A stretch of 59,513 bases of DNA, counting the filler, from Platydemus manokwari (Eukaryota), in the NCBI GenBank assembly GCA_037951405.1. It is 6 parts of 6 records of this genome, joined end to end, with 100 filler letters (N's around TTAATTAATTAA, not from the genome) between each part and the next. Parts side by side here need not be neighbours in the genome. Positions count along the whole stretch, not along the records: positions 29,078 to 39,644 come from JBBMOY011123552.1; positions 39,745 to 48,802 come from JBBMOY011306206.1; 4 more parts are not named here. The stretch is one strand, 5' to 3'. The translations under genes were made by a program, and so were the position numbers. This document shows, in pieces, positions 36,942-48,902 of the stretch (position 1 is the first letter of the stretch; every line of letters begins with the position of its first letter). A model generated the notes under the pieces. It searched no databases. It had not been told where the DNA came from and saw only the letters and a list, made by a program, of their open reading frames with translations.

Positions 36942-39644
36942 TGTTGTCATGTAATTTGTTTAATAAATATGTTTAGCCAGATTTTTTCATTTTATCAGAA
37001 TCTTTGAATTATGATTGGACGGTAGGAATTAGTTATATAATCTTTAATTTTATCTTAGGTTCATTACATTGATCACATGTTTATTAGATTGTTCACTATT
37101 TTAAAGCCAATTTGATAAACAGACATCAACAAGTGATTAAAGCATAATAGATAAAATGACAATGTAAATTATGAGATTAACAAGTTTCATCATTACTGAA
37201 GCAAAAGACAACATTCAAAATAGTTATTAAATATCTTGGGTTATATTTAATAATTAGATCAGGTTCTAATTTTATATCTCCCAAGGGGCTTTGATAGTAA
37301 GTATAAGGACTGTACTATCGGAAATATGGACTATCTAAAGATTCGTTTTAAACTTTAATTCATAATTTAGCATTGCGTGCAATTGGACTGAATGTAATCT
37401 AGTTTTCGACATTGACTAAATATATTCGATTAATGATAAGAGTTTAAATTAATGTTGTCTAAATGGCAATTAATAATCGATATGATTGTCGAATTAGATT
37501 ATATACAATAACTACCTATTGTCAAGAAACAAAGCTGTTGTAATGTTATATAATTATGTTTCACGAATAATCGAAAAAATTGCACTTTAAAAATAAGAGA
37601 ATTTAACAAGAAATTTCAGAATGCACTACGTGTGTGGACCATTGGAAGTCCAACGCACGAGTAAGATAGTAAGAAAATTAATATTAAAATGTAATGGCAG
37701 TTGAATTATTTACATGAATGTATGAATTGAAATTGCATAAAATTAATTTTTATAAAAATACTACTGTCTTATTTCACTCAAATGGAATCCAACAGCAAGA
37801 ATTAGCTCCTTTGACCATGAATAACAATCAGTAATTATGATAGTCAAAATACTGATCTCTCGCACTCTTCGATATGTTAATGACTTGCAAATAGTTTTGG
37901 TTTAGCAGTTCTGATCTAATCCGATTTGACTTTTCATTCTTTATTGTTATGTGATCATACTATTTTATTAATTACTTTTAATAAATATTTCTCAATATTT
38001 ATATTTTATATTTATTCATTCTGCCATTAGATCGTAAATCAATGCACTATCCTCTTTTACATAAAAAATTAGTGATTAATATTAGTAATTATCAATAATT
38101 AATTAGTAATTATATAATCTATATCTTTCTACTTATTTACATATAAGTTGTTAAATGTCGAATTGAAAGAAGATCAATTAATCAACTTTAACTTACTGGC
38201 TGAAAATCGAATAGAATTACGCTGATATAAGACGTAGTTAGTGTGGATCAATATTATAATAAAATAAAAATCATGCGGGGAACCATCCGGGTCATTTCTG
38301 AGCTAACTGAACAACTGAAGAATTATAATTAATAATGAGAAAAAAATTCAAATAAAATATGATCAAAACCAAATTTTTGATAAAAATCTTTATCAAATTT
38401 CAAAATTTGTTTAATTACATCAAAATTAATCGACATCGAATTCATCAGAAAACATTGCATGAAAACATAAAAATAGAAGTCGCATCATGTCTAAAATTAG
38501 AATAACAACAAAAGTTACCAAATATAACGATTTGTACTAAAAATATTAATTTCTGTATAACATATGCCAAAAATAGCAACACATGCTACTTAGCATAGAA
38601 TGTCGCTATTTATATCGACATATTGATTAAAATATGCAAATATGGCAGGAATTGAAATAATATATAAACAAGCAACAATATATTTGGTGTACAATTTTTC
38701 CTTCTGTTTTACAATTTCAAGTGCACAATTTTTAAAAGCACATTAATAATTAACGAATTTTGGATCAGAATCATCGTTCTTGGCAAATTTCTATATATCT
38801 TCTATTGGATTGGAAAGTTTTTGAAGAAGCTATCAATTAACCATTTTATTTTCGAAGCAGTGAATAAAATTGTATCATTATATTAATTAACTTCAAATCT
38901 TCGTCTAGTACCTGTAGTCTTTTAAAGTTTAATAAGAGATTTATGAGTGGTTCCCAACCTTCTTTTTGTCAGAGGCTTGTCCGAGCACCTAAGCAGCGCG
39001 CCCTTTACATTTATACTTAGGTATTTGTTTTTAAACAATAGTGTTATATAACAAATTCTAGCTTTGTAAATTTTAACTTAATTAATCAAATATACTTTAT
39101 TGCTTACCATTGTGTTATATATAATAATGTTTTTAATTATTATCAATCGACTATTTATCTGTAGCAACAACATTATCTGTTGGAGTCTAGATAAGTTAAA
39201 TGTGATCAAAAACATTTTGATTAGTTAACTCAATAATTTAGAAAAATTTTAAAGTCTAAATTAACCAAAGACCCTCAGAAGACACCATGAATTTCTATTA
39301 TATTAACATAGTTCTGGAGAGAATATTCTACCTTGTGCAAATGTTATTCTAATTATATTTAGTGCAGTAAATTTATAAATGATTTAAATTTTCTTAACCA
39401 CATCTCTTCTTCTATAATTCTCTTATTTTTTGAAAATCAACAACAATGTTATATGCACTAACTGTGGTTATCTATTATAGTGAGCCATATGAGCAGGACC
39501 GGTGCAATCTTAAGAAATTGATTGAAATAGATGATAATTCTAGTAATAGTGCTAACACTACGAACAACTTTAATAGCAACTTTGACTCTTAAAGATCGTA
39601 AAGTCTATCGTGACAATTAATTGCATTTCAAAATCAGTGTATAT

Positions 39645-39744
39645 NNNNNNNNNNNNNNNNNNNNNNNNNNNNNNNNNNNNNNNNNNNNTTAATTAATTAA
39701 NNNNNNNNNNNNNNNNNNNNNNNNNNNNNNNNNNNNNNNNNNNN
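39645..39744. other. Artificial contig-join spacer
   Basis: N44-TTAATTAATTAA-N44. Confidence 0.97.
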
Positions 39745-40343
39745 AATATTAATACTAATAAAGACAGTTATGAAAAAGATTTTATGAACGTATCGTCTCC
39801 ATAATATTGTAAGAATATCTTGGAAACTAATGATCGGGTGTATACCATTTTTAGCCTAATTTTTTATTATAAATCATCAATACAAAACAATGATAGTTAT
39901 AAAATCCGAGATACGCAATAGACGAAAAGTCAGATTTTGGAATATATCGGCTAGCAGCAGTCACACAGAAAATGATGATGAAAAATTTAATTCAGTAAAT
40001 AGTGATAATGAGAAATCACATTCTACAATCTCATTAGTAGATTGGGATAAATACAAAATAAAAACAACACAGAATTACACCAAAAAAACACTGCACCATC
40101 AGATTTATTTATGCCATCAACCTTCACACCACCATCTTTTTACCCGATAAAAAATTTGACGAAATGAAACCTATAATAATAGATAATAAGCAAAAAATTC
40201 CAAATCCAAGAAGTCAGCAGCACTGAGCGGGAAAATGAAAGAGGCAATGAAAATGCTCTGCCAAGTTCTCACATCTTCATGACAATATCACGACCGGGTA
40301 GAACACCAACTTCAAAATAAAATTAAATAAATAAAACGATAAT

Positions 40344-43300
40344 CCCATAATAGATTCCGGATCTATTGTTACAATTATATCAGAAACATTACTAATCAAG
40401 AAAGAGAAAAGTCAAATGGACTTATATGAAGAGTCAAAGTCGTTATCAGGTCATAACTTAACAATAGTAGGTTGCACTACAGTAAAATTAGAAATTTCAG
40501 AAAAAGATACTCTCAATAAGTACTAGTCATGAAAGATATCCTGTTTTATGTCTGTTAGAAATGGATGTTTTGGAACAACTAGAAGGAATAATTATGGATC
40601 TGCGTACAGGTAATATTTTACAATTGGAAACAGGTAAGGTAGCACATAAAGCCAAAGAAGTTTTTATAAATCAAATTGTTACTATTCCAGCTAGATCTGA
40701 AATTGAATGTTATGCCGACACTTGGAACCAATACGGTAGTGACTTATTGTTTGAACCAAATCCAAAATTTGTTGAGCAATATCAAATGCCATTATGCTAT
40801 GGAATTGTTCAATCTGAAAACAATACTGCTCCTTTATGATTGGTAAATTTCAATGAAAAATCGGTCACTTTAAAACATGATACAAAACTAGGGATTCTAA
40901 CCATAATCATAGAATCAGAAAACTAGACGTCACCTGAAATTCAAAATACAAAATATGGTGAAATAATAATAGACAGTAAAATTTTAACCATTCCACTAAA
41001 ACATACTTTATTCAACTTACAGAAGAAATATTCTGGGTTGATAGCCTAATATGAATTCGATGTCGAAAGTACACACGTAGTTGAACACAAAATACCACTA
41101 TTACCAGGATATAGTAGTCCTATTAAATTAAGGCCATATAGAATTCCCTATGCATATCAAAATGAAAGCAAATGTCAGAAGGACGAAATGGAATTATAAG
41201 ATATAGCTTTTTACCCTAGGGTTTCCTTGTGGTCCTGATTAAAAAAAGGAGGGTACTCTGAGATGATGTGTCGACTATAGAAAAATGAACGCTATCACAC
41301 GAAAAGATAATTAGGCTCTTCCTTTTTGCTCAGGCAATTTACGACAAAATGGTAAAATCGGAAATATTTTCGAAATTTTATCTCAATAAAGGGTACTGAC
41401 AGTTTGCAATTAAAGAGTCAGATAAATGTAAAACAGCTTTTACAAATGGAGGAGGACTAAAAGAATTCAACGTATTATCTTTTGGACTCACAGGTGCACC
41501 AGCTTTATTTCAACAAGGTATGGAATTCATTCTTATGGATGTATCTCATGCAATGATGTATATAAACGATATAATTATATTCTCTGAAACTTTTGAACAA
41601 CATTTAAGAGATATTAAAGAAGTATTGAAACGACTGAAAATGGTCAATCTATAATTAAGAACATCCAAATGCAAATGGAGGAAATCGGAAGTAATTTATA
41701 TCGGTCATGTTATTTCAAAAGATAGACTGAGACCAAATCCAGCTAGAGTAGAAAAAGTCATAAATTTCCCAATACCAAATAATGTCGATGATGTTCGAGG
41801 AATTTTAGGATTAGTGGGATATTATAGAAAGTTTATAAAAAATTTCTCACGTGAAGCTCATCCACTGAATGTATTACTGAAGAAAAATAGTAAATTTTAC
41901 TGGAAGTAGCAGCAGCAAGAAGCATTTGAAATTCTGAAAAATAAATTGATTAATAAATCGATATTGAGACACCCAGATAGTAGCATACGCAAGTAGAGCG
42001 CTGAAGAAACACGGGAAGAACTATGCTATTGTATATGCTGTCGAATATTTCAAACACTATTTGATAGAAAGAAAAATAATATTATATACCGATCACAGTC
42101 TATTACAGTGGTTGATGACGAGTAGAGACACTACTAGAAAATTGATATCTACAAGAATATAACATTGAAATCAGGTACCACTAAGGAAATGCAAATGCGG
42201 ATATATTATCTAGAATAAAAAAAATTTCTGAACAAACTTTAAGAAATGAGATAAGAGGAGACAACACAGTGTTTACTCACAAAATCGGAACTATGGCCAA
42301 CATTCAGAAAAATCAAGAAGATCATGATGAAATACGAAAAATACAACAGACACTGGAAGCACAAAAGTTTCTTATCAAACCAACAGAGATAAAAACACAT
42401 GATTATATTTTCCAAGATGGAATATTTAAATACTACAATGGTCAAAAAATTACATTAGTAGTACCTAAGAAGCATCGAGAAACTTTACTAATGCAATATT
42501 ACGATCGCGCATTGGGCGGTCATCTTTCAGGCAGAAAAATATTATCAAGATTGAGAACTAAATATCACTGGGATACAATTGAATTCGATACAAAATACTG
42601 GTGCAGAACTTGCAAAATTTGTATGACGAGAAGAAACACGGGTAAACACATGAAGGTACCTTTAAAGCCAATAACAGCACTACCATCATCAATGGAATTT
42701 ACAGCAATGGAAATAATATGTCCATTTCCAGAAACCTCAAGTGGAAACAAATATATACTTGTCTTCAATGACTATCTAACAAAATGGCCTGAGTCAATTG
42801 CAATTAAAGATCAACAAGCTGAAACAATCGCACAAGTTTTTATAGAAAATATTATTTTCCGGTTTGGAAAACCAAAGAAAACACCCACAGATCAAAGAAG
42901 AAACTTCATGAGTTTAATTTTTAAATCAATTTTCAGAATTATTCGGAATTTTAAAGTTAAATACGTCTCCTTATCATCCACAAATAGGCGGGTTAGTGGA
43001 AAGATTCAATGGGACATTTATAAATATGTTATCATCCTACACTAGAAATCAAAGAGATTGGGATTTGTATATTAGTCCATGTCTATATGCGTATCGTAAC
43101 GCCGTCCATAAAGGTACCGCAGAGGCTCCATTTTATCTTATGCATTTGAGAAGAAACAATATGTCAATTGATCTAAATTTTCAAGCGATGCAATCTCAAT
43201 ATATGAAAGTGACCGATTATAAAACGCTCATGCAAAGAGAGACTTCAATCAGCATGGCATAAAGCAAGATTAACAAATAAAATATCAACAAGAACAATAT

Positions 43301-43500
43301 AAAATGTCATACGATAAAAATGCATTTGAGCAAGGAATAAAAGTAGGAGACCTCGTCTATTTAAATTGACCAGAACCCAAAAATGACATGTCCCCAAAAT
43401 TCCAACGACCATTTAAAGGACCTTATAGGGTTACCGTAACCACTACAACGAATTTAAAATTGAAGCTAAATGCTAGGAAAAACTCTGAAACAATTATGCT
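40344..43500 (+). pseudogene. pol: Gypsy pol (protease, RT, RNase H, integrase), disrupted
   Basis: IIDSGSIVTIISE (DSG at 40353), PIKLRPYRIP, CVDYRKMN, YINDIII (YxDD decayed), GLVGYYRKFI, GGHL..CRTCKIC zinc-binding region, DYLTKWPE, TDQ, VERFNGT, FKGPYRV. Confidence 0.92.
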
Positions 43501-44900
43501 AATAGATATAAAAAGGTTCAAAATCAAGAAAAATTATGTTATGAATTGAGATCAAAAATAAAAGAAAAGGATATAACAAGTGATAACATCAATCACAACA
43601 ATAAATATCACAAAAATAAACTAAATAATATATTTACAGTTTTAAGCATTGTAAGCTTATTTAAAATTGCAGAAATGGTTATGGAACGCGCCCTAATCGA
43701 GTTCAACTTAATTAAAGAGTTGACTATATATTCATCGTACACTACAATAATGCGAATTTGCGACTGTCGAGATTTTAGAACTTCACGTATTTGGAGTATA
43801 GAATCTAACAATCTTACAGAAGAATTTACGTTTGACGATAACAATAATAAAACAATTATAAGAAATTTAAAAACAAACAAGAGATATATGTGGGGAATAG
43901 CATATTGGAATAGCTCTTTATACGACTACAATTGGGCAGACATATTCATAAAATTACACATATGGACAAAAGATATTAAAAATAAAATCGAAATTGAACC
44001 AAAATTTAAGGGGGTTATTCTGAAATGGAAACCTCGATCGAAAATGAAAGCCAACATTTTCATAAAAAGAGATCGGTGGAACTATACGGAAGAAATGGAT
44101 CATCAAAATAGGTTCATAAAATGCGAAAACCTTAAGTTAAACAGGAAATATATAATCAAGATAATATATTACGAACTTAAATTACGAGATGATTGGAAAT
44201 GCGAAGTAGATAAATGGGTAAAAATATTGCTTGGAAGAGCGACATCTAAAACGGAAAATCAAAGACATCAAAATACTAATTACTACAAAATCAAAATACG
44301 AAGACCTGCGGAACCCAAGGAAAAAGCAGTCATCACTCTAAGCTTTATGGATTTAGCAAAAAACTCTACCATTGAATGTATCTACAGGTTTATTTACGAA
44401 CCTGCTGCGAGATGAGCAATATCAATTAAAGGCGGAGTATTGGAAAGAAATAGCGGGAATATAGACACTTATACTTGTGGAATACATTTCAATTCAAATT
44501 AAACCCCAAAACCATACAGAAGAATATTTAACCATTAATAATTACTATTATAAATTTAATAATAATATTTCAGAATCTAGAAGAACAATACCTTCAACTG
44601 GTTTCAATCAATCATGACAACTTAATTCTGAGGAAAATTTCCAATCGATTTCACGGAATTTCGATTACGCTGGTCTAATAATCATAATTTCGCTATATAT
44701 AACATCTTTACTGATCACTGCTTTGACTATCAAATCATCATTTAATCAAACTCGGAAGATCCACATCCCAAATCGGGCATTGATTTTATTAACTTCAGTC
44801 TGAATAAACATTGATGAACTCTGCGCATGCCTTTTAGCTAAAATATATGTGTAATCTATATTTATAACTATAGCTATATCTACATTTTCATTGGTTAATT
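43501..44900 (+). pseudogene. Env-position module: hydrophobic leader, FN3-like repeats, transmembrane segments
   Basis: In frame with the pol-like tail NRYKKV..YELRSK. Contains IFTVLSIVSLF, TIIRNLKTNKRY and VILKWKP...ENLKLNRKYIIKI; after a frameshift, AGLIIIISLYITSLLITALTI at 44669-44731. Confidence 0.5.
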
Positions 44901-45470
44901 TAAACAAAATAATAATTAATCAATCAATTGTAAAACCAAAGGCTAATGGTCAACCAGTATAAAGAAGGGTATAAATTGGTCATCGAAGAGTGAAAAAATT
45001 CTGCCTAAACTGATCCGAAGTCTGAACTGACAAGGATTCAATAAAAGAAGTATATTTCATTCAATCCAAGTCAATCAATTCAATCAAAAGCATGAAAAAA
45101 ATCAGCAGAACAAAACAATTGTGCCGTAATATCAAGAAAATCCCAAGAAAAACAAATCAATTTCCAATAGTAAGCTTTATTTCCAACTCCGAAGTGCCAA
45201 ATTATCTTCGATCGACAGACTGGGAAATGGGATTTTGGATTACAGAGGTTCCTAAAGAAAAGAAAATGTGGTTATACGAATTGAGAGAAGAAGAACCAAT
45301 TGGAATCTGGGAACTATGTGCGGTAGTTGCAGAACTCCAAGTCGAAAATGTGACTGGATAAAAATTATTCGTAATGTCAAGCGAAGCATCGTGGAATACT
45401 TCACAAGAAGATTGGACCAAAACAACGAAACTCCTTCCTCAGAAAACACCACAGTCTAGAGAAAATTAGA

Positions 45471-45970
45471 GAAAATCTCATTTTCATTGATGCCGAATTC
45501 AAGACAAAGAATTTGGATAACAAAATATCCCCAGTGTCCGTTACGATCTTCAATTAAGAAGGAAAGGTCCTGCTTGATACGAAAGTAAACCCACATGGTA
45601 GGGCTTTCGAATTCGGGAATAATATTCACGGAATCACTGAATTCGAAACCTGAGGAAAAATGAACGAATATGAATGTATTAGAAAAATCCAAGAAATAGT
45701 CAGAAACAAAATACCGGTCGGGCATGATCTAAATATGGAAATATTTCATCTCTCAATAAAAGTGAATCAACTCTTAGGCATTCGGGATCTATGCAACGCA
45801 CCAGTATTATTTGATATGGGAATACCGCGTAGGAATTCTAGATCATATTTTTCACTAAAGATAGTCGCAAAAACATTATGCGGAATAGACATACAACAAC
45901 CAAGCCAGGACAATTCATTGAAAGATAGATAGAAAGAAACGGTGCGAAATATATCAAAAAATTGAGAAAA
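45471..45970 (+). pseudogene. REX4/ISG20-like DEDDh 3'-5' exonuclease domain inside the Gypsy element
   Basis: One frame reads LIFIDAEF..PVSVTIFN*EGKVLLDTKVNP..IHGITE..*..IQEIVRNKIPVGHDLNME..IRDL..FSLKIVAKTLCGIDIQQ..NSLKD, with stops at 45555 and 45651. Confidence 0.78.
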
Positions 45971-46701
45971 ACTAGAGAGATCACCACTACATAAAACCAC
46001 AGGAGAAGGCCAAAATCTTTATTGAAGAATATCGAAAAAGGAAGAGTAGCGAAGATCAAATAATAAGATAAAAGAAATAATAAGATAAAAATAGTTTTTG
46101 GCTATTTCAAAATCCGAATTCCGCAGGAGAAAACATCACAAGATCTGCGTCCACAACTATCAAGCAACAGAAGAGATCAAATAGATTTAACGAAGGATCT
46201 TGAAGAGGAACCTACTGAAACTTGGGATTTATCAGCACAGTGCACAATCGAGGAAACTGAAGAAGCCACATATGATTCCAAAATGGAAATATCGAAGGTA
46301 AGTGAAGATAATCGACAATCAAAGAAAAGCTGAGAAAAGCACACATGCAGATCATGTAAAATCATCTTCAAGCAAGAATGTTAGAAAATGTAATTCGAAT
46401 GGAAGATCAAACGTGCAAAATCCTGAAGACTGTCACCAAAATAGCCTTTCAAAAACCAAATGGCGAAATTGGAATTCTAAAGTTTAATAATTGAATAAAT
46501 GTATTAAAAAATCTTTTGAATGTTTAAAATTTATATATCATCATATATAATTATGTAACTTAATAGAATTACGCAATTACAAAAAATGAGAAATAATTCA
46601 AATTCATAAAAATATTTACTAACCAAATTGATAAATTAAATCCAAATAAAAAAAGCATATTGAATAATATTAACATCAAATTTTGAGGACAAAATTTATC
46701 T

Positions 46702-46715
46702 AAAATGGGGAGATA
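46702..46715 (+). other. Polypurine tract
   Basis: aaaatggggagata immediately before TGT, preceded by a gaggac motif typical of Gypsy 3' ends. Confidence 0.7.
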
Positions 46716-47438
46716 TGTTAAGTAGTCAAGATACAATGAATAAATAAACTACCTTTTGTTGAGAATTTGGTCCTATCTCGGTTTAGAGTTATATAGGACA
46801 ATCTCTCGGAGGTTTCAAGAACGATAGCTATAATTATGATGATGGTAGTTTAATTATACGAATAGTGTCCTATTTCGGCTTTCCATGGGCCTCATCAGTG
46901 TCTTAGACCAGAGACAGATAAGACTAAAATAAATCTAGAAAATAACTATCTGCTATATAATAATTTTGAGACCAATTCATCAAGTAACCCAAAACCCAGG
47001 GTTATTGTATTATGGCTAAAAATCCTCGCAGAATCGGACTGAATTTTAAAACGCTGACAGGCAATAAATTTGGACGCATAAATCCCGTCAGAGAATGAAA
47101 ATCCAATTCATATTGGAATCCAGATTGAGCTACGTGTATGATGGATGATCGTAGCTCAATCTGATAATTAATTAAAACATAATTATTATACCAGAATTAA
47201 TTATAATTAATTATATAAAGAACATATTATCAACAAGTATAAATAATCGAAAAATATACAAAATTACACAAAAATAAAATTTCTGTTCAAATTTAAAAAT
47301 TTATGATGAAGTATGTTAACGATATTTTATTGTCATGTTTTAGGGTATTTTAAATAATTTGTTTTAATTGAATAAACATTATTGTTTTCATTTTATTTTA
47401 ATTCTGTATTTCTATTTTAAATATTGGCTTATATAACA
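46716..47438 (+). repeat. Putative 3' LTR (about 723 bp)
   Basis: Starts TGTTA right after the PPT, AATAAA near 47372, ends TAACA. Cannot be confirmed as a direct repeat because the 5' LTR is absent. Confidence 0.6.
46867..46924 (-). ncRNA. Type III hammerhead ribozyme
   Basis: Minus strand GUCUUA-UC^-UGUCU-cuggucua-AGACA-CUGAUGA-GGC-ccauggaaa-GCC-GAAA-UAGGAC. Full conserved core, stems I, II and III all pair, AUC cleavage triplet (cut between 46917 and 46916). Confidence 0.9.
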
Positions 47439-48802
47439 TTAACCGGTGTGTATCGACTCTTTCAAGCTTGTTCTCATCGTTTCTGTAGTTATTTTGGTTG
47501 GTTTTGTCACGTACTCCGCATATCATATTCCCATTGCAATCTTAACTGTTTCGATTGTTTAAAAGATGTTATTTTAAATGGCTAAAACTTTCTAAATGTT
47601 TACATATTGAACTCATTCTATTAGTTATTAGCACTAGTTATTAACAAAAATCTTCACTCATTGTAACTCAACACTTATTAGAATTTTAAAATAATTTTTA
47701 TTTCTCATATTGTATTGGAAACATGTTAGGTTAAATATTAGTCTCCTTAATCACAAATGTACAATGATCTTAATGAAGAAGGATATATTTTATTTAAAAA
47801 ATTTTCATAATCATAGAAATAGTTGAAGAAACCAAAAGATTAATATAATAAAATTAGTAGGATAGAGCTATTAATAAAATTTAAAAATTATAAAAGTACA
47901 ACAAAATCCCAACTTTAATCAGTCAGCATATTCAACAACTACTTGAACTCAAATTACTGAATTACATTATTTTTTAAAAATATATTTTTTAAATAAGCTG
48001 TTGAATGATACCACATCATCATTTATTTTAACAATAATTTTTGTATCAAATTTAAGCAACCATTTTGTACATTTAAAAGAATTCGATTCAATTCCATCAA
48101 TTCTTACAACAAAGAATATTATAGAAATGTAAAACAACCATATTTATCAAAAACTCATTTACATAAATCTCAGAGAATTTACAAATAATGTAGGCGGAAA
48201 TCAGAACTGTAGTTTTATTTAACTTTTAATCAAAATAAATACTATTTAGTGGGTGGAAGAATTTAATTATTTATAATTAAGAAAAATAAAAATAACCGGT
48301 ACTTTATAAGTAAAAACATAATATGATCTTAAATTCACTTATTTATAAATAAAAACAATAAATACGTGTGTGGGTGGTAAAATAAATTTTGTGATTTGTA
48401 TATTTACAATTACGATTTAATATTTCTATACTTAGAACAGAAACAACTGTTTAATTATGCTTGTGTATCCCAAGAAAATTTTGCAGATAAAAGAAATAAC
48501 ATCTTGTTAGTGAGATGAATTTTTGACAATTTAAAAGAAAATTTTTAAATGAAAGTGGTTTTAATCAAAAGAAACTAAATATACTAAATATAAGAGAAGC
48601 AATTTTAATTTTACAATATAATTTATTCATGGAATTCAAATTTACCACATATACTTAAAGTCATAAAAAATATATTTTATTTTATTGAGTATTACGTGAA
48701 ACAAATCATATAAGACTATATATATATACAGTGTAATAAAATTAAAGTTGACTTTGAATTGCAAATCAAAGAGAAAAAATTTTATAATCGGGTATAGCTA
48801 TG

Positions 48803-48902
48803 NNNNNNNNNNNNNNNNNNNNNNNNNNNNNNNNNNNNNNNNNNNNTTAATTAATTAANNNNNNNNNNNNNNNNNNNNNNNNNNNNNNNNNNNNNNNNNN
48901 NN
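48803..48902. other. Artificial contig-join spacer
   Basis: N44-TTAATTAATTAA-N44. Confidence 0.97.

Larger units (their letters stand above)
39890..47438 (+). mobile_element. Decayed Ty3/Gypsy LTR retrotransposon with accessory domains; 5' LTR and PBS not in this contig
   Basis: Domain order PR-RT-RH-IN-GPY, then extra coding modules, a polypurine tract and a TGTTA...TAACA-bounded segment. Many stops and frameshifts. Confidence 0.9.

Noticed and set aside
38945-38961. hAT-like terminal sequence (g)agtggttcccaacct
   Set aside because: No partner inverted repeat or target-site duplication found.
395-46371. Short antisense or overlapping ORFs in the track (e.g. 395-631, 22203-22454, 35065-35331, 36404-36900, 45456-46059)
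   Set aside because: Shadows of real exons or of the retroelement coding strand; no independent motifs.
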